A DNA stretch of 63,831 nucleotides, filler included, from Octopus bimaculoides (lineage: Eukaryota), in the NCBI RefSeq assembly GCF_001194135.2. It is 7 parts of 7 records of this genome, joined end to end, with 100 filler letters (N's around TTAATTAATTAA, not from the genome) between each part and the next. Parts side by side here need not be neighbours in the genome. Positions count along the whole stretch, not along the records: positions 2,963 to 19,679 come from NC_068983.1; positions 19,780 to 38,819 come from NC_068997.1; 5 more parts are not named here. One strand, written 5' to 3'. The position numbers and the translations under genes are program-made. Below the pieces are notes generated by a model. The model made no database searches. It worked only from the letters and a program-made list of their open reading frames with translations, and was not told the origin of the DNA. This document shows positions 12,531 through 23,970 of this stretch, one piece after another (the stretch's first letter is position 1; the number at the start of each line of letters is the position of its first letter).

Positions 12531-13227
12531 CTGTATGGAGAATTACGTTCAAGAAATATTCATGGAATAAAAATGGTGATGAATTTTATGATTGTTCATA
12601 ACTTGCTATCGGTGTATATGTGACTGCAGCTTCTTTAAATTCCGCTTTAGTAAAATGGAGTTAGGAGAATGTTGCTGTTGTGAATATGATAGATTTGCAA
12701 CCATTTTTCCCATGTTCAACAAGGATATGTTACAAGCAGAAGTAGTGGGGGCACATCATAGCCATGTGTTGAGAGTGATTCGAAAATTTAGTAGACAATC
12801 TTCCTCACTGGTTTTTATCTATGCTTCCCTGACATCCAATAGTTTTATACCATCTTTTACTGAAGGGACATTTGCTTGTTCGTTGTCACATTTATTACAG
12901 TATTTTTCAATATATTTCTCCAGCTAGATTTGTCTAATATAGTTCTGTCAGATTTAAAACCAATTCTACAGAACGATATGAAATGGCTGAAGTTGCTAAT
13001 CTGTTAATGATACAGGCAATGTCCTTACACATAGGATGAGCATTGAATATGTTTCCTATCGGACTCCTCAACTACACGAAATAATTTCGTCTCATTTTCT
13101 CTCAGGAAAATATTACGAAACAGATTCTGCTGCCTTTTGTATTGTTATCTTTCGTTCCTAGGTTGGAACTCATTTTGCGAAACATTCAAAGCATTTTCGT
13201 CATACAAAATGATTTCACATTTCTTTT

Positions 13228-13535
13228 TCGACTAGCAGCCCAAGATCAATGCCTACCTACAAAGAACTACCAGGCCAACATATTAAAGAACGGCAGCTCC
13301 CCATTATGTCGTATATGCCAACAACAAAATGAGACCATCGATCATGTTGTCTCCATGTGCAGTCTGCTTGCGCCTACAGAGTATCTCAACAGGCATGATA
13401 GAGCTGCACAATATATTCACTGGGTAATATGCAAAAACCTGGACTTGCCCCATGATAAAAACTGGTGGGAACACAAACCACCCCCAGTACTTGAAAATGA
13501 TCACATTGCACTCCTCTGGAACTTCACCATTCAAA
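13228..13535 (+). mobile_element. R4/Dong-like (RLE) non-LTR retrotransposon, C-terminal CCHC zinc-knuckle region, 5'-truncated, runs into gap
   Basis: AAQDQCLPTKNYQANILKNGSSPLCRICQQQNETIDHVVSMCSLLAPTEYLNRHDRAAQYIHWVICKNLDLP..WWEHKPPPVLENDHIALLWNFTIQ contains the CxxC-x7-H-x4-C knuckle and RHD motif that precede the RLE. Confidence 0.9.
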
Positions 13536-14104
13536 NNNNNNNNNNNNNNNNNNNNNNNNNNNNNNNNNNNNNNNNNNNNNNNNNNNNNNNNNNNNNNNNN
13601 NNNNNNNNNNNNNNNNNNNNNNNNNNNNNNNNNNNNNNNNNNNNNNNNNNNNNNNNNNNNNNNNNNNNNNNNNNNNNNNNNNNNNNNNNNNNNNNNNNNN
13701 NNNNNNNNNNNNNNNNNNNNNNNNNNNNNNNNNNNNNNNNNNNNNNNNNNNNNNNNNNNNNNNNNNNNNNNNNNNNNNNNNNNNNNNNNNNNNNNNNNNN
13801 NNNNNNNNNNNNNNNNNNNNNNNNNNNNNNNNNNNNNNNNNNNNNNNNNNNNNNNNNNNNNNNNNNNNNNNNNNNNNNNNNNNNNNNNNNNNNNNNNNNN
13901 NNNNNNNNNNNNNNNNNNNNNNNNNNNNNNNNNNNNNNNNNNNNNNNNNNNNNNNNNNNNNNNNNNNNNNNNNNNNNNNNNNNNNNNNNNNNNNNNNNNN
14001 NNNNNNNNNNNNNNNNNNNNNNNNNNNNNNNNNNNNNNNNNNNNNNNNNNNNNNNNNNNNNNNNNNNNNNNNNNNNNNNNNNNNNNNNNNNNNNNNNNNN
14101 NNNN

Positions 14105-14207
<103 letters not shown>

Positions 14208-14713
14208 GGTTTACTTATCTTAAATCATCGGAAGTGTTGTCATGTACATTGTTCTGTCTTGGTATAAAAGATGGGCTACAGCAAATATTCTGCTCAATAC
14301 CACAGATTTGCTTGTCACCTGTTTAACCATAACAAGTTGAGCATATCACTTAATGGCTGACAATATGTGCATCTCTGATCACGAGCAGAAGTAGTGGGGG
14401 CGCATCATAGCCATGTGATGAGAGGAATTCTTTGGAGTTTGAATAATTCACCTCTGGAAATATGGGCGATTCATTCAACATCCTTAAACAAACCTTATTC
14501 AGAGATCTTTTGAGCAAGATGGGCTACTCAACCTGAAGAAAATTCTAACTGGGCCCCACCTGCGAGGTCATGCGAGATCATCATGTCGCGCACATATGGT
14601 TGTGATGCATGTGCCTGGTGTACCCTTATCAGACGGGTAGTCATGATGAGGATAATAGGCCTCGTGTATTTTACCCCAGTGTCACTTTGATGGCATGCAC
14701 TGCTCTCTCACTC
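14208..14713 (+). mobile_element. Unclassified ~500-bp interspersed repeat bounded by (AAT)n on both sides
   Basis: Higher-GC block between two (AAT)n arrays. A partial second copy (GCAGAAGTAGTGGGGGC.CATCATAGCCATGTG.TGAGAG) lies at about 12725-12775. Confidence 0.6.
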
Positions 14714-14779
<66 letters not shown>

Positions 14780-15753
14780 GATGGTTTCTGATTTTGATCC
14801 AAGGTGAGCTATTTAGAGGGCACGGTAGGTGGTCGACAATAATGATTAACCTCTCCTATCCAATTTACTTGGGCCTATATTTTCTTACTCTCAAACATTT
14901 CCGCTTTGGTTTCACCAGTTTTAGAATGGTAGCAAATCAAAATGGATTGGTAGAACATAGAGAGGAAATTCCTCTAAGATAATTGATATCGCCATGATGA
15001 TATCGGCGTTGAAATTTTAATTAAGGAAATTGAATTAAATATGGATTCAGTTGGAGTTTTTCTCTACCATACATTTAGTTACTAATCGGAATGAAAACAA
15101 ACATGTTTAAAAGGTTAACTTGTGTAAAAAATGCAAGGAGAAACAAGCCCGACATTCTAGTCAATCAAAATTGAATAAATATAGAATGTAAGGGCGAGTT
15201 TTGACCTTTAGGTCTCCTCTAACAATTGTGGACATGCTTTTATTTTGTATGGACCACGTCAGTGAAGTATTGTATGCAATTACTACAAATCTGAACTGAC
15301 TACAGAAATATAGAGGAGGGTTGTCGATGAAAACAGATTGACGATATAAATTAAAAGAATATCTTGTGAAAATTCTCGGAAACAAATGCGTCATGAATAT
15401 TTAATATTAAATTGGACGCTATTCTTGCTGGTGAGAGCTATAATTTTAAGTAACTAATTCTAGGAAAAACAAAAAGGCTAATGAGGGATAAAACTCTGAA
15501 ATTTTAATTAAGGAAAATGAATTAAATATGAATTCAGTTGGAGCGGTTTTCTGCCATGCTCTGTTACTTTCTAATACAAATAAATTTTAAATTGTTCTTT
15601 CTTTTGTGTTTTTGTGTTTTTGTTCTTTTCGGGAATAAATATTCAGAGGCGCTTTGTAATCATATCATATTTATAGGTGCGATTACTTTATCATCATCAT
15701 CATCGTTATTACCACCATCATCATCCTTATCATCATCGTCGACTTTGTCATCG

Positions 15754-15809
<56 letters not shown>

Positions 15810-15833
15810 GGCGCCATTTTTAATACACTAACC

Positions 15834-16002
<169 letters not shown>

Positions 16003-16018
16003 TACGTAAGGATAAGCA

Positions 16019-16159
16019 TATTCCTTTCTACTCTAAGCACAAGGCCCGAAATTTTGGAGGAGGGGGGTCATTTGATTAGATCGACACCAGTACGCAAGTG
16101 GTACTTAATTCATCGACCCCGAAAGTATGAAAGACAAAGTCGACCTTGGCGGAATTTGA
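16019..16159 (-). mobile_element. SINE family B, 3' half
   Basis: Reverse complement of GTCGACTTTGCCTTTCATCCTTTCGGGGTCGAT..GGCCTTGTGC..AGTAGAAAG. Confidence 0.85.
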
Positions 16160-16285
16160 TAAAGATAAGCATATTAAAAGGGGGTCTGTGGGAAAACTCA
16201 TTTCAATAAAAAGGTTGGGAAGCATCGCTCTAACCAATTCCAGTAGCTGCCACATACTTATTCTCATTGTTAAGCACATTTTCGT

Positions 16286-16325
<40 letters not shown>

Positions 16326-16864
16326 TTCTCTCTATTTGTTCTCTCCCCTCTTCCTCTCTCCTCTTGCCTCTCTCTCAATAGATTTAGAGCTTTGGCAAAC
16401 ATTATTACCTTTCCCCGTGCACATAATCCCTAATCAACAGAGAAAACTTAGTTTATTTGTTCAACTTAAACCTGCCAATCCAATTCTCATATGTCTTGCT
16501 TTGAGAAGATTCTTAATCTTTCTTTCTGTCTTCCTTTTTCATGTTACTTTTTCTTTTTCCTGGTAATTCTTTAAAGTTTTGTTTGTTTTTTATTGTTCAT
16601 ATTCCTTATTTAATTGGAATTCCATACAATCCATAGTTCGCCAAATGGATGCAGAAATTTAACGATTTTTTTTGTAACATTTTCCTTAAACATTTGAAGT
16701 TTGCAAAGAATGATGTAACAACATTGGAAGCTTATATTAGCAAATCATTTCTGATATTCACATCGATAAAATTTTTTAAATAGATATGAATTAAATTTCA
16801 ATGATTTGCATATTCCTTGTTAATAAATTTTGCCAGATTCGAACAGGAATATGTTGATTGTCCA

Positions 16865-17115
16865 TTATTTACATTATTTACATTTGATGGATATTTGTCC
16901 TCATCTTGTTTGTTGTTAACACAACGTTTCGGCTGATATACCCTCCAGCTTTTATCAGGTGTCTTGGGGAAATTTCAAACCTTAGGAATGAGAACCCAGG
17001 TTCGAAATTTCCTCAAGACACCTGATGAAGGCTGGAGTGTATATCAGCCGAAACGTTGTGTTAACAACAAACAAGATGAGGATAAATATCCGTCGAATGT
17101 AAATAATGTAAATAA
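16865..17115. mobile_element. Penelope-derived foldback element: 118-bp inverted arms with 15-nt spacer
   Basis: 16865-16982 is the reverse complement of 16998-17115 with 8 mismatches by manual alignment. Spacer TAGGAATGAGAACCC. Confidence 0.9.
17017..17062 (+). ncRNA. Minimal type-I hammerhead ribozyme motif (Penelope-type)
   Basis: GACAC (stem I) - CTGATGA - A - GGCTG/loop GAGTGTATAT/CAGCC (stem II) - GAAAC - GTT - GTGTT (stem I partner). Stem III is reduced to the self-complementary AACGTT. Confidence 0.7.
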
Positions 17116-17334
17116 TTCCTCATCTCTTAAGTAAAGAAATGCTGATCGTTGTTGTATTTCGTCAAAGGAGAACAGCTTCTATTTTTACGATGGTGGTCAT
17201 AATACCTTCCATTTGTTATTACAAGAGACTTTAGAACATTTTGTGTTTCAACATCATTATGTCTTGTCAACCAGAAGCAATCCCGGCAAATGAATTAACA
17301 AGAGCTGAAACTATTGTTTATAAATTTAGCGAAG

Positions 17335-17658
17335 AAATGTGGCTGTGTGGTAAAAAGCTTGAATCCCAGCCACATGGTTCTGGGTTCAGTCACACTGTGT
17401 GGTACTTTGGACAAGTGTCTTCTACTATAACCTCGGGTCGACCAAATCCTTGTGAGTGAATTTGGTAGACGGAAACTGAAAGAAACCCGTCACATACATA
17501 TGTATATGCATGTGTGTATGCCTAGCGGTTCGGAAAATGAGACCGGTAGAATAAGTACTAGGCTTACAAAGAATAAGTCGTGGGGTCGATTTGTTCGACT
17601 AACGGCTGTGCTCCAGCATGGTCGCAGTCAAATGACTGAAACAAGTAAAAGAATAAAA
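17335..17658 (+). mobile_element. SINE family A, near full length with internal deletion
   Basis: tRNA-like head TGGCTGTGTGGTAA..GGGTTCAGTC, central TTGGACAAGTGTCTTCTACTATA domain, tail ACTGAAACAAGTAAAAGAATAAAA. Confidence 0.9.
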
Positions 17659-18092
17659 AAAAGCTTCTTTCATGTCTCATTATCAACCAAATTCGTAAAC
17701 TTGATTCCAATAACATTTTATGTTCTTTCATATTCATTTGCCATTTATGCCTCTGGCGAATAAATTTCTATCACACGATATCATGTTTTTCTTTGTTGAA
17801 TGAATGTTTACATTCTAAGAATTTCAATAGTGTACTCATAAATTAAGCCGGAAAATACCGAAAGACTTGATTTTATTTTAATTAAATATCAAATTTAAAT
17901 ATCATTTAAATATCAAATTGTAGTTAAAAATAAGATGAAGAAATTAGTTTTAATAATAAAAAAACAACAATATATAAAAATATTCAACGATATAGGTGTA
18001 AGTTCACGAATATTTGTAAAAGCTGAGCTGTGGTATTATTCTGAAGAAATATATATGAAGTTGATATAATTCTTTTCCACAAATGATAATCT

Positions 18093-18302
18093 TTTCTACT
18101 ATAGGCACAAGGCCTGAAATTCTGGGCTAGGTTGTTGTATGGACGCCTGTGCTCAAATAGTAAGTACTTACTTCTTCGATCACGAAAAAAAAAATGATAG
18201 GCAAAGTCGACATCAGCAGAATTTGAACTCAGAACGTAAAGACGGGCGTAAATGTTGTTAAACATATTTTCCCGGCGTGCAAACTATTCGGCCAGTTCAC
18301 CA
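18093..18302 (-). mobile_element. SINE family B
   Basis: Reverse complement of the family B head and tail. The head abuts (AAT)n(GAT)n at 18304-18357. Confidence 0.8.
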
Positions 18303-18319
18303 CAATAATAATAATAATA

Positions 18320-18360
<41 letters not shown>

Positions 18361-19779
18361 GCGACGGTGGTATGTTTGTTTTGTGCTTTGACTGCCATTT
18401 TTAGTATGTACGAAATCTACATGATGGTTTCCTCTCCGTGCATATTTCATACACTATTATATTTTAAAATATTTATGTCTTCTGACATTATTACGCATGC
18501 TAATCAATGGTATAAATCATTTAACAATTTTTGCCCTTGTATTTATATGGAAATATATAAAAAAAACAAAAACATTTCATTCAATTTTTCCACAATTTAA
18601 TTGTTCTTTATGCTTTACTCTAAGCTAAAGAAGTCGCAAAGACTGAAACCGGTACTGAAGTGTTCTTCATGATAAAATTATTTTAGCATTTTCTACTTTG
18701 TCTCATTTTCCTTTTACATCTATATATATACATATATATATATATAATTATGTGGAGAATGGAGAAACAAACACAAGAAGAAGCAAGTTAATTGGGCTAG
18801 TTAGCCATTGATTTAATTATGTAGAGATTATATAATGAGTCATTTACGATCGTTTCAATGTGCCAAATGGTTTGGCAGAACTCTNNNNNNNNNNTATATA
18901 TATATATATATATATATATATGGGGTGGGTATGTGTGCATGTGTTTGTGTGTATTATCGCGTAGGATAAAAGCTTAGCAGCATTTCTTCAGTTTCATTGT
19001 AGTAACATCTAAATCGATGTGATGGTCACGGTCACAATATATTTCATTAATATTGATTTCACTTTGAAAAAAAAAACAATTTTAATATGCCGTGGTGTGG
19101 CTATTTAAGAAGTCAATATACCCAGTAATCAACTTTACTTCCACCATGGATTCACTCCTAGAAACGTGATCTTCAAATGCTGCTCATTATTTCATGCGCA
19201 TGCGCTCTCATTAGAGATTTCAAACTGTTTTGAATCAATCAACGAAACAAAGATTATTCGTATCAAGCGACGTGTGCAGATTTGCGCAAACGCAATCGGT
19301 TTATTGATGTTAACCGACTAAGAATGTGTGCATCCACGTCTTTCTGAAGAGAATTAGTGACAGAAAGGACAATGTCGAAGAAAACAACTACAGCACGGAT
19401 TGAGATAAATGGCAGCACAAACCACCACAGAAATAAATCGTAGGCTATGGTAGTTACTTGTGACAAATGGTATACACACACACGCATACACACACACACG
19501 CATACACACACACACGCATACACACACACACGCATACACACACACACGCATACACACACACATACACGCGCGCGCGCGCATACATGCATATGTATAAATA
19601 TATATTGTGTAAATTATAGTGTAAAAAATTCGAGTGCCACTATCGGAGAGCCTTTAAGATTATTGAGTATGTATATATANNNNNNNNNNNNNNNNNNNNN
19701 NNNNNNNNNNNNNNNNNNNNNNNTTAATTAATTAANNNNNNNNNNNNNNNNNNNNNNNNNNNNNNNNNNNNNNNNNNNN

Positions 19780-19904
19780 TGGAGAGTTATTAATGTAGAA
19801 ATATGGTATCGTAGCTACTAACAGTTGAGGGTTGCGTAGTCTAGACAGCGTTTTTAGATTTCATTATTCTCTTTAACCTGGGCAAAGCCGGGTATTTCTG
19901 CTAG
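19780..19904 (+). mobile_element. Helitron 3' terminus
   Basis: Hairpin CCTGG-GCAAAG-CCGGG (19877-19892), then TATTTCTG-CTAG (19901-04), followed by T. Confidence 0.7.
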
Positions 19905-21723
19905 TATACAATAATTCTGACGTCTTATAAATAAAACAGGCTTTTCATTGTTTCCATAACTCCCTATTGTCTTCAACTACAACATGTCTCATTCCTTTCA
20001 TGGCCTTGAGCCCAAATAAAATATCGTAATTGCTCATTCCTTTAAACATCAACCACATGTCATAATAAACCCATTTCAAAACAAAGTGTTTTAACTACTC
20101 AATGACATAAACTAACAAATTATCATAAGGCCCTGCAAAAATTTTCCCCTGATTCCTGGTACTCCTCAATGATTTAGCCCTGTTTCTGTCATTCACATTA
20201 CTTAGATCTATATCTGAGTGCAATGTTTTGACATTAGGTGATATATTTTAAGTAACGTGAATATATTTTTAATAATTCTAAGTGGTTTTTAAGGACCAGA
20301 AATCTTCCCTTGATATGATTCCACTGTAATGCTATAAAACCTTCCTTCCTAGCTAGCGTTGTAGCTACTCTTGGACACGAATGAGCGCCAAATAGAAGGG
20401 CATGTAGAATTAAGTGTACTTTCCAAGGTATTCAATGAAGTTGCTACAAAGACATTCAATCTAAATATTTATGAGTGCTAGATAAACATCACGATCACAG
20501 TCATTTCGCTTCTAGGTCAGTCTTTAAAGATAAACGTATTTCAGTAACATTGATGTTTCTTTTACAAAAATGTCGAGCAACGTCAGCCGACCACTCGTAC
20601 TTTGGCATTCGTCATATTACATATCTATAAATTTGCCTTCTTAAAACCATTGTTGCTAGTTTACTATACAAACCTAACTGGCAGAATGCTTATTTTACAG
20701 TTAAATATGTAACAATAACCAGAAAAGAAATCATCTAAGAGATGAATATGTATAAACTATTTCATAATATTTGTCTTCGAAATGAAATATTCTTCAGAGC
20801 TTNNNNNNNNNNNNNNNNNNNNNNNNNNNNNNNNNNNNNNNNNNNNNNNNNNNNNNNNNNNNNNNNNNNNNNNNNNNNNNNNNNNNNNNNNNNNNNNNNN
20901 NNNNNNNNNNNNNNNNNNNNNNNNNNNNNNNNNNNNNNNNNNNNNNNNNNNNNNNNNNNNNNNNNNNNNNNNNNNNNNNNNNNNNNNNNNNNNNNNNNNN
21001 NNNNNNNNNNNNNNNNNNNNNNNNNNNNNNNNNNNNNNNNNNNNNNNNNNNNNNNNNNNNNNNNNNNNNNNNNNNNNNNNNNNNNNNNNNNNNNNNNNNN
21101 NNNNNNNNNNNNNNNNNNNNNNNNNNNNNNNNNNNNNNNNNNNNNNNNNNNNNNNNNNNNNNNNNNNNNNNNNNNNNNNNNNNNNNNNNNNNNNNNNNNN
21201 NNNNNNNNNNNNNNNNNNNNNNNNNNNNNNNNNNNNNNNNNNNNNNNNNNNNNNNNNNNNNNNNNNNNNNNNNNNNNNNNNNNNNNNNNNNNNNNNNNNN
21301 NNNNNNNNNNNNNNNNNNNNNNNNNNNNNNNNNNNNNNNNNNNNNNNNNNNNNNNNCCTCCTCCTCATCATCATCATTGTCGTCGTCGCCGTCGTCGTCA
21401 TCACCGTCAGCGTCAACACTGCCATTCTCTTTATGACCATCACTCAAATTATTAACTTTATCATCCTGTTCATCGTTACCATCATTGCCGATATCGATTT
21501 CATAATTTTATTATCACTATCAACATTATCATGTGTATAGGTCCCGATATTTTGAATTTCCGTTCAAGATCGAAACAGCATACGTAGTGTTTGTCGCCAG
21601 TTTAGCATCGGTGTTCTGTTAGAACTGACAATACTGCTATCTTAACCTCAGGCAGACATAATCGGTTCCTACAGATAACCTACATCAAAGTGGCGATAAA
21701 CACTACTTTCTGGTTGGTATACT

Positions 21724-21937
21724 GCGGTGAGCTGGCAGAAAAGTTAGCACGCTGGGCGAAATGTTTAGCGGTATTTCGTCTGTCTTTGTGTTCTGAGTTC
21801 AAATTCCGCCGAAGTCGACTTTGCCTTTCATCCTTTCGGGATCGATAAATTAAGTACCAGTTGCGTACTGGGGTCGATCTAATCGACTGGCCCCTCTCTC
21901 CCCAAAATTTAGGGCCTTGTGCCTAGCGTAGAAAAGA
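21724..21937 (+). mobile_element. SINE family B, full length (tRNA head plus Meta-like central domain)
   Basis: GAGCTGGCAGAA..GTTCTGAGTTCAAATTCC (B-box-like), GTCGACTTTGCCTTTCATCCTTTCGGGATCGATAAATTAAGTACCAG, tail GGCCTTGTGCCTAGCGTAGAAAAG. Confidence 0.9.
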
Positions 21938-22299
21938 TACTGCATCGATCGCGAGCGGAAAGTTTCTTACGTACCAAGTTTCCTAGTTACAAGATCAGTG
22001 ACTGTATGACACTGTATTTTATATATATTTCAAACGAGGTCAGACTAATGCCGTGCCTGGTGAACGAGTATCTACCACTGAATTGATCCAACAAGACCGA
22101 ATTCACGTGATCTGGTGGTCTCTGTGCTAGGGTGGCAGGTTTCTCTCCCGCTTGCAATTAATATCGAGTGCGAAAACGCACTGAATAACTAGCTCGAAGA
22201 GGTTTCCTGGGGTTAAAATAGCAGTGTTGTCGGTTCTTAGAGAACACCTATGTTAAAGTGACGATAAACACTACTGTATATTATATCTTCTACTTTGAC

Positions 22300-22690
22300 A
22301 CCCTCTCACTGTTGCTCCTCTAAGGAGTTTAAGTCTGTAGATATTTTATCAATCCAAGGGGCCTTATTGTGTGTGTTTTCTTCTGCCCAAATTTTATTCC
22401 AAAATTCCTGCACTTCTTCTTTTGATGGGACAGACTTTACTGCAACTGGTGTTTTCCGTATCTTCCTGTCAAAAATTTTTGGGTTATTTTTTAACATGTT
22501 GTCCTTGGAGAATCTAACGCGCTTTTCATGCTTTGCTATGCGGGCAGCTTTAGCACATACCATTTGTTTGATGGTTTCTGTGGTGGAATCGATGTCAAGT
22601 ATGGTTTTCATATATTTTTTCTTTAATTTTCGGGTTTTTCTAGGTTTTGTAGTCTTGTCAAACTTAAAATTTTTCAAACATTCTATGTCA
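22300..22690 (-). mobile_element. R4/Dong-like non-LTR fragment, region upstream of RT
   Basis: ORF 22306-22677: TIKQMVCAKAARIAKHEKRVRF..NNPKIFDRKIRK..PSKEEVQEFWNKIWAEENTHNKAPWI, typical of the R4-clade pre-RT segment. Confidence 0.8.
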
Positions 22691-22709
22691 GACCTATTAT
22701 TATTATTTT

Positions 22710-23795
22710 TTTAATGAAATATGGTCCGTTGTCTTTTGCAGAACCGGGATCACCCCTGGACCCTAGGGTCACAGCAGGTCCTCATCTCATGGAGAGTACA
22801 CGGCGTAAAATGTGTGCGGAACCTAGCAACACTATTTTATGAAGTTCTCCCACGTTAACACTGCAAGGGAGTTTGTTAATCTGCTTATCAAGGCCCTTCT
22901 TAATTAGCCCTAACGCTCCAATCACCACTGGTGCTGTGCTGCTTTTCATTCCCCACATCTTGGTCACTTATATTTCTAGGTCTTTGTACTTAAATAACTT
23001 CTCAACTTCTTTAATGGACACATTTCTCTCTGATGGTAATGTCACATCTATCATTAAGCATTTCTTTTTCTTCCCATCTTTGATGATTATGTCCGGTCTG
23101 TTTGCCGTGATTTCTTTATCGGTGTTGATTTGCTCATGACACCTTCTGCTATTCGGGTCAGTCCCATCGTTCATTATTTTGTTGTGGTAAGCTACGGTTG
23201 CCAAGCTTTGATCTTCTACTGCTATAATAAAACCTCAGTTTCAACCTGGAGTGTCTCGTTTTTCTACGTCTGGTTTGTTCACTCTACACGGGTATCGGCC
23301 ATGCATCGGTTTTTCTAGCCATTCTTCTTTGCTCGTATTCTGGGCTTGTTTTTTCATCTCTTCCTTAACTCTTTTAGCAAACTGGATTACTTTCTCACTT
23401 GCCTTCATCCTAGGTTTCTCCGTCATCAGTTGTTTCTTAAACTGTACAGATTCTTTGTATACCGAGTATAGATTCTTTACTTTATCATGCTGTTGCACAA
23501 GTTTTATTAGAGGATCTTTTGACAGTTCAAGATATGTATTTAATCCTACAGTGGTGGTTTTGTAAGATAATTCTAATTGAGTTAGTCCTCTTCCTCCCAT
23601 GCTTCTCGGTAAATAAATCCTGTTCACGTCCGCTTTTGTGTGGCTCATTCGAGCCATGGTTAGTAGTTTTCTGGTCTTGGAGTCTAGCTTCTTTATTTCG
23701 CTCATTTTCCAGTTGATTATGTTGAAACTGTAAGCTATGATTGGTACTGCAAGAGCTTCTACAACTGACCTTTTTGTTTTGGTTTTGTTTCTCTT
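22710..23795 (-). mobile_element. R4/Dong-like non-LTR retrotransposon 3' part (RT thumb to RLE and 3' UTR), frameshifted
   Basis: VPIIAYSFNIINWK..LDSKTRKLLTM..H.KADVNRIYLPRSMGGRGL..WLEKPMHGRY; then ANRPDIIIKDGKKKKCLMIDVTLP..EKLFKYKDLEIE..MWG..PVVIGALG..KIVLLGSAHILRRVLS (PD..D RLE motif). The 3' UTR ends in A7(TAA)n at about 22695-22712. Confidence 0.95.
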
Positions 23796-23807
23796 AGTTT
23801 TAATAAT

Positions 23808-23970
23808 AATCCATGAAACAAGTGTATGCCTAGGAGAACTATTTTCCGTGCGTTCGCCTATTTGTAATATCTAGGGGTGGGTGGGATCATCTATTTGTCT
23901 GCATATTTTTATCATTGCTAAGACACCAATGATTATAGGGACTGTTTCTACTTTCCAGCCCAACCCTGTT
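23808..23970 (-). mobile_element. Another R4/Dong-like extreme 3' fragment
   Basis: Minus frame GWKVETVPIIIGVLAMIK is homologous to the TAPVVIGALGLIK motif of the neighbouring copy. Ends in (ATT)3. Confidence 0.65.
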
